Assembly: GCF_006345805.1 (NCBI RefSeq)
Contig: NC_043000.1
Span: 59,520,001-59,584,000, forward strand
Source of the DNA: Octopus sinensis
Lineage: Eukaryota
Direction of reading: 5' to 3'
DNA: 64,000 bases
Shown: positions 11,816-25,500 of the stretch, piece after piece
Layout: the number at the start of each line of letters is the position of its first letter
Position numbering within the stretch: the first letter of the stretch is position 1
Position numbers and translations under genes: made by a program
Notes under the pieces: generated by a model
Databases searched by the model: none
What the model saw: the letters and a program-made list of their open reading frames with translations, nothing else
Told to the model about the DNA's origin: nothing

Positions 11816-14140
11816 CTGCAAAAATAAAAAAAATAGAAAACTGGGAGATATTTAAGAAAACACTCATCACGAAAACAAAGAACTCCAATAATTACCAAAG
11901 TTGTTAAGAAACCAAATCAAAAATGAAGAAAATTATCGTTTCAGATCTGTCATTCTTTTATGACATGCTGGTTCTGTCGAAATTGATAACAGCGGTTTCT
12001 GTTAGATTTTCCACAGGAAGTCATGGAGAGACTATTGAATTACAAAACTGGAACTTGTAGTAGTAGCAGCAACAGCTACAACCGAAGTAGTGAATGCCAT
12101 GACAACAAGGGTGATAATTTTCTACAGCTGAATATTCCAACCATGCTAACAGACTATAGTTGTCTTATTCCACATCTCTCAATTCACATCTACATTATTT
12201 TTATTCCAAACGTTTGTAAAATAGCCAATCCAGCACACACACACACGCACAAGAAATCTAGTTTAAACGTTGCGCATATTTGTGTTTACGCGTGAATGAG
12301 TATCTATTTTTGTACCAAAACACATACGATATACAGGAAAATATAATTTTAATGGAAATAAAGAAAAAAATACAGTAGAGTTTAATAAATGATGTCAGTC
12401 TCGATATATTTAAAGACGAGTTTTAAAAATCTATATATTTGTTATTATCAACAGTAGTAATATCGAATTTAACACCCAGGAGCCAGTAAGATAAACTTTT
12501 TTCTCCCACCAAGACGAATTCAGAAGGAATCGAAGAAGCCACAACGAAGTCGTCTGCCATCAGTTAAGAAAAGATCCCTTTCGTCAATTAACTGTGACAG
12601 GTGTTCTGTGGGGCTGCAGGTGACTAAATGTCAATATGACATCTATTTGAAAATGTCGTTTGGTAATTCCTAAATTGAAGCTACTAGCACTATAGTACCT
12701 GAACAGCAGCTTTAATTTAAGGGAACTGGCCCCAAAACCGAGAATGTGTCACAACTTTCTTTTTAAGAATGTTTACGGCTAATTTTACTTTGTTATTCTC
12801 CCACTCTCGTCTCTGCATTTCTTTAAAGAACGAGCTATAATTAATTGTTTAGCAACTATAGATTTTGTTTTAGAGATTTCATTGAGAGGAAATAAGAGTG
12901 TAATTTGCAAGCAATGGAAAATTTTACTCTACACAAGGACATTCTTTAATGTAGTATCGGAAGGTATTATAATAAATTAATTTAAATCAATATCAATATT
13001 TGAATACAAAAAAGTTTTATTTAGTTAAAATTAGAATGGTTTAAGTATATTTTCCTTCCTTCTGTTACTTTCAAGTTGTTCTTTCAGCTTTACGGAATTA
13101 AAAGTTATACAATACACTGGTTTAAGATGTCAAAATAATAAAAGATTCCAAAATTAGTCTATATAATTTTTTTGTTCTAGGGTGAAGATCTTTATATTAA
13201 CCAATATTTCTGCATAAAGAAATTGACCATTAAATGAAATCGGTTCCAAGTAACAATTATTACCAAAAAATTTCTGTTCGTGCATTATTTTGAAATCTTT
13301 AAGCGTTTATTAAATTTTCATTTTGAAAGCAATATTACCTAAGCAACCCCCCAAATAAAATTGTAAATGAAAATAATAGTTAGGCAAATGATGTCTGGAA
13401 TATTTTCAGGGTGTATTCTTAAAGAATAGCCTACTATATAATAATCAATAATGTAGTAGGGGAGGGGGGACATTCCTACTGCAATTACCAGACTTTAGAA
13501 ATATAAATCAAATATACAGGTATTTTTGATAGTTATCTTGAGAAGGTATTATCAATCAGCGAGTATATTAAGTGACAAGGAGTTTTGAAATGGCAAAACA
13601 ACACAACTAAGTCTAATATGATACATAATCTGTTTCTATTTTACATCATCTACTTCAAAGGAGTCCCTTCTCTTCTCAGGTTCATTTGTAACAATTCCAT
13701 GCAACATAAGAAACACCACACACACACACATCAGGAAGTAAACTCTAAAATTTTTATAATACGGAAGAATTTAATCAACATTTTTAGTATAAATAAAAGG
13801 CAAAAAGGTAACAATCAGTTCGAAATAAGTACATACCAAGAAAGTGAACTGAAGTATTATTCCAACGGTTACTGAAATAGTCACAGAATTCCAGCTCCAT
13901 GTTTATGGAATTGGAAAAGGGTGAAGGGAATGAGATTATATCATCGAATGATTTGTCATTGGAGGTATGGAGGTTCATGCAGAAAGTCACTAGCTCCGAA
14001 TAACGCATTAAAAGAAAGACTTTAAGAAGCAAAACACTTTTTCTTTTCTTTGTTTTATCTTAGCAAAAAAGCTTTCCGATGTAGTCCAAGCAGCATCAGC
14101 ATCTGCAGCATGGTATAGAAAAGTGTCTGAACTTACTTAC

Positions 14141-14300
14141 GTTCCTCACGACTTTCCCTAGTGAGACATTTACCAAAGTACATGCCTATTCTCGGTGTCA
14201 CCGTGTTAGTAAAGAAGGAGGGGAGAGGGGGTAGAGCTTTTGAAGCTAACACAGCGCTACCTGGCAGCAGCCGCTATAGCAGTAATAATAACAGTAGCAG
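14141..14300 (-). other. Candidate first exon of the minus-strand gene (5' boundary unknown)
   Basis: Ends in gaggaac|gtaagtaagt (two tandem perfect GTAAGT donors) inside the CpG island. Confidence 0.4.
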
Positions 14301-15401
14301 AGGACAAGTGCTTTGTTCCCTCTACCCCTTCTCACTAGACGACAAGCTTTGTTTTTCAGCGGGATTTACTATGCATGATAAATCTGGCAATGAGTGTATA
14401 ACATTTATTTATTTATTTATTTATTTCACCCATCCGCGCTATCACCACCTGAACAAAAAACCCAGATAAACAAACCTCCCACACGTTACAGAAAATAACG
14501 AGAAAAAATGAATGAAGGGGACATAAATCAACCCCAAAAGGGTGTTATTTACTTAATTTCTTTTATCAGCAAGGTAAATAAAGTCTCCACTTTCCATCTC
14601 CTCTGTGTTAACATATATCTTATTAACAAATAATATTGGGTCAAGTAGGTGTCTTCCGAAATGATAAACATGCAGATCTTATTTAATTCTGACATCGACT
14701 ACTGTGTTTGATTATTAATGAACAAAACGCCTAAGATTAGAAATAAACATTTGGCAAACCGGTTTCGATTCTAGCTTGTAAGCATTTTCCTTTATTTGCA
14801 CCGTTCTGCGATTTGGAAAGCATGCAAGAAATCTCCTCCTCCTCCCTATTAATCCCTTCTCTTCTATAGACTTCAGACATAAATAAGAAATCAATAGCGA
14901 CCAGCCTCTAAGACTGGATCCAAACAGCATGTGAGGGAGAACATTGAATTCCTTCCAAGAAAATCAGTGAGAAAACCAAATTCCATTAGGGAGGTAAAAT
15001 AAGTACGTGTGCTGATGCGCGTGTGAGGAAATGTATTTAAAGCATCTACATTACTATTTTAAGGAAAGCATGTAAAAATATATTTATTAAACGACCAAAC
15101 TTCTGTGAACGAATAAATCACTTAAGTAAAATTGGTATCCTTTGATTCTGTAAATTAGGTCAGTAAGTGAAAAGGAATGTGTGGCGTTCGTTCATTTCCC
15201 CATGTAACAATATAAATATTAAGATTTTTTTTTTAACAGTGAAATGACATTATGTTGCAGATCCAACTTGGAAAAACATTCTCAACTCAGATATATTAAA
15301 AGAAAACATTTATAAATGGATATAATAATAATGGAAAGTGAAGTGAAAATTATCAAGTAAAATTCCATTTTAGAATGGAAGTTTCAGTAACATATATATA
15401 T

Positions 15402-15748
15402 GGGTTCAGTCCCACTGCGTGGCACCTTGGGCAAGTGTCTTCTACTATAGCCTCGGGCCGACCAAAGCCTTGTGAGTGGATTTGGTAGACGGAAACTGAA
15501 AGAAGCCCGTCGTATATATGTATGCGTGTGTGTGTTTGTGTGTCTGTGTTTGTCCCCCTAGCATTGCTTGACAACCGATGCTGGTGCGTTTATGTCCCTG
15601 TTACTTAGCGGTTCGGCAAAAAGAGACCGATAGAATAAGTACTGGGCTTACAAAAGAATAAGTCCTGGGGTCGAGTTGCTCGATTAAAGGCGGTGCTCCA
15701 GCATGGCCGCAGTCAAATGACTGAAACAAGTAAAAGAGTAAAAGAGTA
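15402..15748 (+). mobile_element. tRNA-derived SINE family 1, young 5'-truncated copy
   Basis: ggttcagtcccactgcgtggcaccttgggcaagtgtcttc...internal (TA)(TG)n...ggcggtgctccagcatggccgcagtcaaatgactgaaacaagtaaaagag. CpGs are intact, and about nine other copies occur in the window. Confidence 0.85.
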
Positions 15749-16258
15749 ATATGAATGGGAAGGACACCATATAAATAATGCAAAGGTTCGTCCAACAATA
15801 TTTATAAATATTCAGTGTCTAAGTAAGGCAGAGGTAATAAAGATCACCAGTGAAAATGTTTGACTATTAAGCATATCAACCATCTGTGTCCTATAGCGTT
15901 ATCTTGGATTTATAGCTAGTGAGATAGCATAACCAAATATCTTAAAAGGTGAGATCTCTGAAATTCTTTCAATACCAGATAATTTTTTTCCATTTTTTTT
16001 TTTTAATTCAAAGCTGTTTTGATGAACACTGAATAATTCATCTGTCACACAATAACTTTATGATGCGTATTTTTAATATTCCTTCATATGTCGGTCTATT
16101 TGCCTACTAAATAATACAAACATACTGATAGTGTTGGCCATGTGAGGGATAATGGCAACGTTTTGAAATAATGAAAATACTATATATGAAAAAAAAGAAT
16201 ATCACATCAGTTGTGATTATGATGTATCGAGAAAAATTAAAGAACAGATTGGATAATA

Positions 16259-17076
16259 TTGGGTCATCCCATAAATAATGCGGTTTTTTCAATTGCATGA
16301 ACTAAAAGTCGGAGGGGGACAGGATGAATTACCTGCATCAACTTGCTATAAAAGCAGGTAGTAATTTTACCTTGTACTTATTCTTAGTGCAATTAGATTT
16401 TTACAGTTATTTTTTCAAAACTATAATGGAAGTGACAAAAGAGCATATTTGGCATATTCAATAAAGGCAACAACGTAATGGAAAGTGCGAGGAATATTAC
16501 TGCAGTATATGGGGATTGGACAATAAGCGTAAGCCAGTGTCAATGGTGGTTCCGGAAATTCTGAGCTGGAAACTACAGCCTAGAAGACAAGCCTTGTCTT
16601 GGAAGATCTGTAGAGCTCGATACGAACATCAGCAAACCCTGGTGGAACAAAATCTCATTGTAACTGTTGAGAAACTAGCAGAAAAGCTTGGATTTGGTCA
16701 TTCAATCATTCATCAATACCAGCACTAGAAATCATCCTTGGTTTCAAGATGAAAGGTGTTCTTCCATTAGGATAATGCTCAGCCAAATACACATTCCAAA
16801 GGCTGGCACAGTATGAATATTTGTCGGACATTGCCCCATCTGATTATCATTTATTCTGCAGTCTTCAAAATCATTTGGACGGAAGAAATGTGAATTCTGT
16901 AGACGAGGTCAGAACAGTAGTGGAACAGTATTTTTCAACATGGACAAGTGAATTTTGGAAGTGGGCCTTGCAAGTCTATTAGATAGATGGAAGAGCATTG
17001 TAGAAAATAAAAGAGACTATGATTTTGAACAATAAAAGAAGTATAAAAAAATTGCATTATTTATGGGCTGACCCAA
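16259..17076 (+). mobile_element. Internally deleted mariner-type transposon
   Basis: TIRs ttgggtca(t/g)cccataaataatgc flanked by TA. Transposase remnants *DNAQP and YLSDIAPSDYHLFCSLQNHLDG (mariner YSPDLAPSD motif). Confidence 0.9.
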
Positions 17077-17653
17077 TACATTTCCATTCTACAAACAAGT
17101 ATGTTACTAAAGAAATAACCACAACATTATGTGTTTGTGTATGTGTATGTGTAAGTTGTTTAGAATCAGTTCAGTTCTGAACAAGTGGATTTATGGTGAA
17201 GATGCATTCCAGTTATGGCCATTTGAACATTTCTTTTTTCGTTTTCATAAACATTATATCTGGGGTCACATTATCTCATGTGCCTTTTGTTTTTTAAGCT
17301 TTTCGAGAGAGATTAAGGAGATATTTCTAGCAGCAATAACACACTACACACATTACTCCACTGACATTAAAAATAGATCAATTAGTATATATGCTTGTGT
17401 GTGTTACAGCTGCACAGTATTAAGTGTAGGCGTTGCTAAATTGTTAAAAATATTGCTTTGCAATCATGAAATCTGAGGTGCAATCCCATTAAGTGGTACA
17501 CTCAGCGAGCCTCTTCTAATTCTACCATGGGTTGACCTAATTCCTATCAAAGAAATTTGAATACTGGAAACTATGTGTAAATCCGGTGAATAGACCTGTA
17601 TTTGTAATTCAGTGGATCAACCTTATCATTCTTCACTTAACCTAGAGATTACA

Positions 17654-18390
17654 TTAACCCTTTAGCATTCAAACCTGCTTTATCTGGCCAAAATATTCTA
17701 CCTGTTTTATCTTCAAACTGACTTGATCTAGCCTCTCACACATCTCCTACAATATTATTCTAAAAATAAACAATCACATCATTGAAATCTCAAAGCTACA
17801 AGGTAATACTTAACTACTGTAAATCATCGAGTATAGTCCGCCCTTGAGTATAATACGCAGGGGATTTTTAGGGGCCTGTACCTCTGAAAAACCTAAACCT
17901 TGTATATAATACAGATCCCCTTCTGTAACTTGAGTCAATGGGGTCTTTATAACATCCTTGGTTTGTAAAAATGTATTCGGTAACATCCTTTATTATTATT
18001 GTATATATCACATAATGCAAATGTGTAGTTTTTTGTGCATTTTGTTTGCAGAAAATAAAGAAATAACAGTAATAACATTTAATAAATGTTACTTACTGCA
18101 AGTTATGGATGATCCTTTTATGACTTCATTGCTTTCAGGCTTAGCTTAAGGTATTTTCGTGCCTGACATCACAAAATGCGTCTGAATACACATAGCCAGA
18201 CAGCAAATAGAGACTAAGACATTGCTTAGAAAATAATTTTTATTTCTAACCTCGTATATAGTATGCACTAGGGATTTTGACCTTTAAATTTTGGGGGGAA
18301 AATGCAGTTATACTCAAGGATTTACAGTAATTCAAATCAATGGGAATAATCATTGCATTTGACAGAGAAATCTGAATGCTAAAGGGCTAA
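17654..18390 (+). mobile_element. piggyBac-like MITE family A, interrupted by a nested MITE
   Basis: Left end ttaaccctttagcattc at 17654. The body resumes at 18330 and ends aatgctaaagggctaa. Confidence 0.75.
17817..18327. mobile_element. Tc1/mariner-superfamily (pogo/Tc2-like) MITE, 511 bp
   Basis: TIRs ctgtaaatc(a/c)t(c/t)gagtata at both ends, with TA on each side (17815-16, 18328-29). Confidence 0.8.
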
Positions 18391-18799
18391 AGGTACCACA
18401 GCCTGTGAAATACTCAGCCACTTACATTATAATTGAATGAACAAATATTTTCCTTATGCAAAAACATACTCAGAACTAAATAAATAATGAAGTAGTGTAG
18501 TTGTTTAACTCTCATGTCAGCTCTGATTCAACAAACCTAAGCTGTGATCATCACATCCTTTTTTTTTTTTAGTCACAGTTCACCAAAGACTACGTTATCC
18601 AATGTTTCCCTGCTTTTTTAAACGACAATAGGATGTAATCTAAGAAGATCTGGAGGCTATTCCTTGCAGATCAAACAAGTGTGTACAGGCTATTAGACTG
18701 CATGTAATAAAGAGGTGTATTTGTTATTAGCAAAGATGACCATTCCAAAATACCAAAAATGATTTAATAACAGTAATTATTTCTAAAAAGCAAAAAACA

Positions 18800-19365
18800 G
18801 GGAGGGGATTAGTCAATATCATTGACCTCAGTACTTGGCTGGTATTGTATTTTCCTGAACCCAGAAGGACGAAGGGTAATGTTCACCTGGGTGAATTTTG
18901 ATCTCAGAATGTATAGAGCAAGAGCAAATACCACAGGTATTTTGTCTAATGATCTAGAGATTGCTGATCCACTACTCTTGTAACAACAGTAATAATAATA
19001 ATGATTTCTAACATAGACATAAGGTATCAAATTTGAGAAAGGAGTTGACCCTAGTACCTGACTGGCACTCACTTTAGCAACCCTGGATGGATGAAAAGCT
19101 AAACTGACCTTGGTGAGATTTTAACTCAGAACATTAATGTGTTAGACCCTCATGAATTTGTTAGTCCACTATCTTAATAACTGTTTCAAGCATAGTCACA
19201 AGGCCTTAGTACTTAAGTGGTACTTTGTTTTTATCAACCCTGGAGAGATAAAGGTAAGTGTGACCTCCATAGGATTTGAACTTAGACTGTAAAGAGCCTG
19301 CACAAATACTGCAAAGCAATTTCTCCAATGCTTTAACGATTCTGCCAATTCACTGCCCTTCTAAC
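18800..19365 (-). mobile_element. Three tandem copies of SINE family 2
   Basis: The repeated core gacc..gg..gattt(g)aactcagaa occurs three times, separated in part by (AAT)n/(AAC)n. Confidence 0.65.
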
Positions 19366-19621
19366 AACAACAACAATAAACTAACCTCTTACTTGAAAAC
19401 AGCTATGGATTAGTGATAGGAAGAGCATCCAGCTGTAAAATAATGTCTCAGTGGTAAGTCTTTCTCCATGCAAGCATAGAAAGATTGACATAGAATGAAC
19501 AAAGAACAAGCCACGTTTCTTGTTAAGCCAGAAGTCAATACATGAAAATATATATTGTGTGTGTTATAAAAACATCAATATCTTTACAAGTTATTACATC
19601 TCACATTTATTCTCTTATCAG

Positions 19622-19639
19622 CAATAGAAAATATAACTG
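19622..19639 (+). CDS. Candidate 18-nt microexon (AIENIT in phase 1)
   Basis: cacatttattctcttatcag | caatagaaaatataactg | gtaagtaag. Length is divisible by 3. Confidence 0.4.
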
Positions 19640-20382
19640 GTAAGTAAGCAGGGCCTTATCTACTTATTCAAGAAACTGTTTATGGGAGATAAAAAAGGGT
19701 ATTTATTCATTTAGTCCATTTTTTATGTAAACTACACTCTTTATCTAAAAAATATACAAACAAATAATAGTATTTATACACTTGTGTGTATCAATGTCTA
19801 TTTATGTACATACCTCCATGTGTCTGCATGTATAAGCTTGTAGAGTTTAATAGAAATAAATCATTATCAAAAATAAGGAATAACAAATACTTCCTGTTTT
19901 CCGAATGCAAATCACTTCATCTTAATCTAAATCTACATTTAGAATGAATAGATCAAACTGAGTCAACTTTTGTTGACTGGGCCCATTTCATTGTTAATGC
20001 TTCATTAGCATGGAAGAAAAGTCAATGAATATTTTTTTTTTACTTCCTGTTTTTGTTTTCTTTTTCTTTTACATACCACCAAGTGGTAAAATATGAACAT
20101 ATCCCTGCTGTTCTATAGAGATTCTTTCAAATCAATCTAATGTGAAAATGAATGATATTAGTGTGATCAATAGGGAACTTGAAGACATGAGGGTTAGTTT
20201 ATAGAGTAGGATAACATAGGACCTAAAACTGAGAACAAGGCAGAATGAAGGACTATATAGTTTATATAATTTAGTGAATGGCTTAAGAGGAGACAGAGTG
20301 CTTGTGTAGGCTGGCTTAAGCAGGGGTGTTAATTAATCTTAGAACACCATGTAATAAGTAGGATATCCAACATGCAGCTCAT

Positions 20383-20610
20383 TTAACACTTTAGCATTTA
20401 AACTGACCACATCCAGCCCAAATATTCTACATGTTTTACATTTAAACTGGCTATATCAAACCTTTCACACCTAACCTACACTAATATTCTAAAAATAAAC
20501 AATCACATCATTGAAACCTCAAAGCTATGAGATAATGCAGGATTAATTCAAAACAATTTGAATAAAAAAGCATTACATTTGACAGAGTAATCTGAATGTC
20601 AGAGGGTTAA
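20383..20610 (+). mobile_element. piggyBac-like MITE family A
   Basis: ttaa-cactttagcatt ... agaggg-ttaa. Confidence 0.75.
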
Positions 20611-21821
20611 GAGATTAGTGTCTTGACCAAAGTCAGATTATACCAGTGACATAATATGAACCCCCGCCCTTGCCCTCAACTTGACTATCCATGCACTCAT
20701 AAAATCTACCTCCCAGAAATGTATAAAATTTGAAACTCAGATGTTGTGTGACAAAGTAATGATTTATTGTTAACTTTCGAAGTAGACACAAAACACTAAA
20801 ATGTCAATCTAATGAGAGATTCAGAAGTCAATGAAAGAGTTTCTCTGTAGTCATTTAACATACTGAATGTAGTAGTTAAATATCCCAAGACTCTTTATTG
20901 ATTTTAAGGTGGGTAGGAGTATGCCCATAATAAAGTCAGATTTCTGTAGCTAGAATGCTCATCAAAGTATCAAGGACAACACTATCAATGTGTTTGAGGG
21001 GTAATTTGCAATCCATCCAATTTTATGAGTACATTTATAATAACACTGTATCAATAATGATCACTATCCTATGCATAAACCCCATTTTAAGAGTATATTC
21101 AAGACTTCAATTCAGAAATGAAAGACCTTCCTGTATATTTTTGTTATCTCTGTTGTCAAGTTCAGAGTATGTATTTCCATCTATTGGCAAGTCAGTCTTA
21201 TGTAATAAGATATTAATATTATTCATTTCAGTGAATGTCCATAAGTTTCTTTAATGAGTGAATTGAAAGCCAAACCTTGTCATAGAATGGAACATTTTTC
21301 CATTCACTGCAGAGAGACTTTTTAACTAAATTTGAAAACAGGTGTAAATGTTGTTGGAAGCATAAAAAAATATTCCCTGACTTTTAAGTTAATTAGACAC
21401 TGAAATAAAACAAAGTTTATATCTCCTTGTAAGCTGTTCTAAATATATTTTCCAGATAAGAATTTCTTTGTGCATTCATTCAAAAATAAGAATAACTATT
21501 AGTGTATGACATGCAAAATTTTAAAAAACTGTAACAAGATACTTTTTTGTTACTATTTAACAATTAGTTAAAACTTAAAGTGCATAGCTTTGGTATTTGT
21601 AAGAAGCTTAAGTACAAAAAGATATCTAAAGCTGTTACCTATCATAACCACCTATTTAGCAAGTAACTACATTCATCTTAGTCTATAAATAAAATAAACA
21701 ACTAATTAATATATGGTTTCTTAAATACACTTATCTATAATGACAGGTGTTAAAGTTAATGAAATTGACTGAAAGAGTCAACAGATGGTCGTTATTTCAA
21801 CATAAAAACTTCTACTCTCAG

Positions 21822-21906
21822 CACTAGAATAAAGTTTATGTGTTTCTGAAGAACCAAACACCATGTAGACACCATGAAAATGTTACTGTAATGTTCAATG
21901 AATAAG
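21822..21906 (+). other. Candidate non-coding or stop-containing exon
   Basis: Acceptor cttctactctcag and strong donor aag|gtaagt. All three frames contain stops. Confidence 0.3.
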
Positions 21907-22233
21907 GTAAGTAATATACTCAATAAAAACAACTGCTGCAAACACTATATAATCTTATAAGTCAATATTATTATTCTTACATTACACATTACCATATTTT
22001 TTATAAAGCAATTTTTATGCTATTGCTTTATCTATTCAATTGTCATCATCAACATAATTTAATGTCCATTTTGCAATTCTGTAGTCATTTCAAGAAACTC
22101 TCTGCTGACTTTAAAACAGATACTACATTATTTCAAGCCCTAAATCTTATTTCAAAGACAAAATGATGATAGTTACAAATGATTAACAATAAAAAGCATT
22201 TAAATAGAGAATTTACTTGTATTTTTGAAAACA

Positions 22234-22462
22234 TTAACACCCTAGCATTCAGATTACTCTGCCAAATTTAATACTTATTTATTCACATTGTTTTTGAATA
22301 AATCATGCATTATCTTGTAGATTCAAGATTGTGATTATGTGATAGTTTATTTTTATAACGACATTGTAGGATAGGTTTGAGGGGCTGGATCTGGCCAATT
22401 TGAACATAAACCAGGTAAAATATTTTGGTCACATATTGTCAATTTAAATGCTAAAGGGTTAA
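22234..22462 (-). mobile_element. piggyBac-like MITE family A, reverse orientation
   Basis: ttaa-caccctagcattcagattactct ... aatgctaaaggg-ttaa. Confidence 0.75.
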
Positions 22463-22518
22463 ACAGTACAATAATTTGAACTATGTATACATTTTGTGTA
22501 TGTGTGTACATGTTTATA

Positions 22519-22990
22519 CTGTATATGCTATTAATATCAGCATTATCATTATTATTAAGGCAGTGAGCTGGAAGAATTGGTAGTATGCCAGACAAAATGC
22601 TTAGCAGTATTTCTTTTGTCTTTCCATTCTGTGTTCAAATTCTGTGAAGGTCCACTTTGCCTTTCATCTTTTCAGGGTCGATGAAATAAGTACCAGTCAA
22701 ACACTAGGGTTGATGTGATCAGCTAGCCATCTTCCTCCAAAGTTTCAGGCCTTTTGCCTATATTAGAAAGGATTATTATTATTATTAAGGCAGTGAGCTG
22801 GCAGAATTGTTAGCATGCCAGGCAAAATATTTAGTGGCATTTTATCCATCATTATGTTCTGAGTTCAAATTCTGTCGAGGTCATCGCTTTCAAGCACTGG
22901 GGTTGATGTAGTTGACCTGCTCCCTCCTCCAAACTTGCTGGCCTTGAGCCAAAATTCTAAACCATTATTATTATTATTATTATTGTTGTT
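22519..22990 (+). mobile_element. Two head-to-tail copies of SINE family 2 with (ATT)n tails
   Basis: ggcagtgagctgg(a/c)agaatt starts at ~22519 and ~22789, each preceded by attattattaa. tRNA-like B-box (gagttcaaattc). Confidence 0.8.
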
Positions 22991-25144
22991 GTTGTTATTA
23001 TTATTTATTAAATGATGAAAAGGAACATGTATTTTATACAGTTAATCTCTTTCAATAATTTTTTGCAAGTAATTAACTATTAAATTGAATATTTATAACT
23101 CATTGATTTTCCACCAGTACCCCTTTACACATGCACAAGACAGGCTTCCGCACAGTTTCCGTTTACAAAATTCCACTCAGATAGGGTCAACCTAAGGCTA
23201 TGGCTGAAGGTGTTGTATTCATTGGAATAGTTAGCAGGAATAGCACCAATGAAATGGACTACTGAGATGGTTCACTAGATATAATTGACAGTTTCTGTCA
23301 CACAGATGATGTAATTAGTGGGTTGGGGTGGATATAGTGTAAGTATAGAAACTGGTGTAAGGAAGAGGTAGAAAAAAGTTTAAGGATTTGTTACTTCTGT
23401 TGGCAAGAAAAGGTTTTTCTCATCTTGAGAAAAGCAAGCTTTATGAAACCTGTTCTAACATGCGAGAGCCATGTTAAAAATACGTGGTACACTCTGTAAA
23501 GTGGTTGGCATTAGGAAGGGCACCCAGCCACAGAAACCATGTCAAGACAGACAAATGGAGTCTGGCCAGCTCCAGTCAAACCATCTAACTGATGCCATTA
23601 TGGAGAATGGACATTACATAATGATGATAATGTATAAGTGTTATGGTGCAAGGAAATGAAACATTAGTAACTAAATGTGGAAGATGTGAATGGGGCTGGA
23701 AAAAATTGTGTGTATAGTGATAGCATGCATGAGAGGCATAGCTCAAGGGAAGTGAGAAAGTGAAAGGAACTTAAAAAGATCAAGTAAAGTATGTGGAAAT
23801 AACACCTGTCTTGCAATAGATAAACGATGTATGTGGTCAATGAGTTCAGGGTGAAAAATGTCAAGTGCTGAAGTATGCTCACAGAAGAGAAGTATGATTA
23901 GTTCTCTAGATACTTAGCTTCAAGGGAAAAATCATGAATGACTATGATGATTAGTGATACAATTTTTGGCAGATCTAGTCAGTTTGGAAAAGAGATGTTG
24001 ATACACACACACAAACACACGGAGTGTGTGTAATCCTATTTGTTGTCTATTTAGACAGTTATTTTGAATTCAGCAAGCCACGAACTCCTCATTAATTAAC
24101 ACAGAAAATGCTAAAAGGATGCTATTTTAGCAAGTGGCAAAACAATGATATATGAATGTTATCTAAGATGCCATTTTGTATATAACAAAAATAGAAAAAA
24201 AAACAAAATCTTCAAGAATGAAGTTTCACATGTACATAGAAGTTACCATATGGAACTTGATTCTTAATTTTTAAAATGTCTAAACTGAAATAACAAATTA
24301 TATAATCTGATCATCATTTATCAATGTATTAAAAAATGAGTTTAAGTTGTTATGTAACTGCTTGACCTTCAAGAAATATCAACCAAATCTCTTTCAAACT
24401 ACATTCTTCCTGTATTAAAAAAGATTCATATATTGGATAATGTAAATCTACAGACTTTATATCTGAATAAATCAAGACCAAATGGTCATAATTTAGAATG
24501 CCTATGATCCTAGGTCTCTTTGTGAAAAGTTCATGTGAGGTTAAACAGTGACATGAATGCTATAAAATAAAAGTAAACTCTGAGCAAGTGGACTTTATAA
24601 CCAGGATCCAATTCTTGTCTGCTTCAATGTCTATCTCATGTTTGACAGTCAAAAAACACATTTCTAATTCTCTGCAAATCTGAGGACATATGTCTACAGG
24701 AGAAATGAATAGAAGAGAAAGCTTGGATTTTTGGACTTTGTGACTTTGAAAAATAATGCTGATATTAAAGAATAGAAAAAGGAAAATAGAAAAGAAAAAT
24801 TCTATGTGTATGTATGCATGGACATTCGTTAATGTTTTTGAAAATGCATTGTGTTGTGGAAAGTATTTGTAAAATGAAGCAAGCTGATACTAAAGAAAGT
24901 ATAATAAAATGTATATGCTATAGATTTTAAACTATATCTAAGTAGAAATTTATATTGAAAATAGAAACAGCAAAATCAGATAGTTTACCAAGATACTAAG
25001 CTTGCATTAACCCAAGTCAAAAGAAAACTGACTCTAAAAATAATTCAATAGAAATTATTAAAAGAAAATATCACATGTATTCTGGAATAGAACTGGTTGT
25101 GAAACTACGTGGTTTCTGTAATTTTCCTTGTATAAGAACTATAA

Positions 25145-25500
25145 TATTTGCTTCTAGCACAGATACAAAACCAGAAATTTGAGAAAAGAAGAGTTAATTA
25201 TATAAACCTCAGTTTGTGACTGGTATTGTAATTTTATCAATCCCTATAGCTTGAAAGGCAAGCTGATTCCAGAGAGGTTTGAACTCAGAACATAAAGAGC
25301 TAGAATAAATAGTGTGAGGCATTTTTGGCTAGACTCTAATCATTCTACCAATTTAATAATGATGATGATAATTCTTTCTAGTATAGGCACAACACCAGAA
25401 ATTTGTGAGGAGGGGACTAGTTGATTATAATGATCCCAGTACTAGATTAGAACTTCTTTTATTGATTCCAAAAGAAAAAGAAAAGGCAAATTCAAATAAT
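25145..25500 (-). mobile_element. Two tandem SINE family 2 copies
   Basis: tttgaactcagaacataaag core. The second copy starts after (AAT)(GAT)n at ~25355-25372. Confidence 0.6.

Larger units (their letters stand above)
11700..15200. promoter_or_regulatory. CpG-retaining island, probable promoter/5'-end region
   Basis: About 60 or more CpGs by eye in 3.5 kb of non-repeat DNA, versus very few in unique DNA at 20-30 kb or 35-48 kb. It contains several minus-strand donors (14140, 13836, 11895). Confidence 0.65.
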
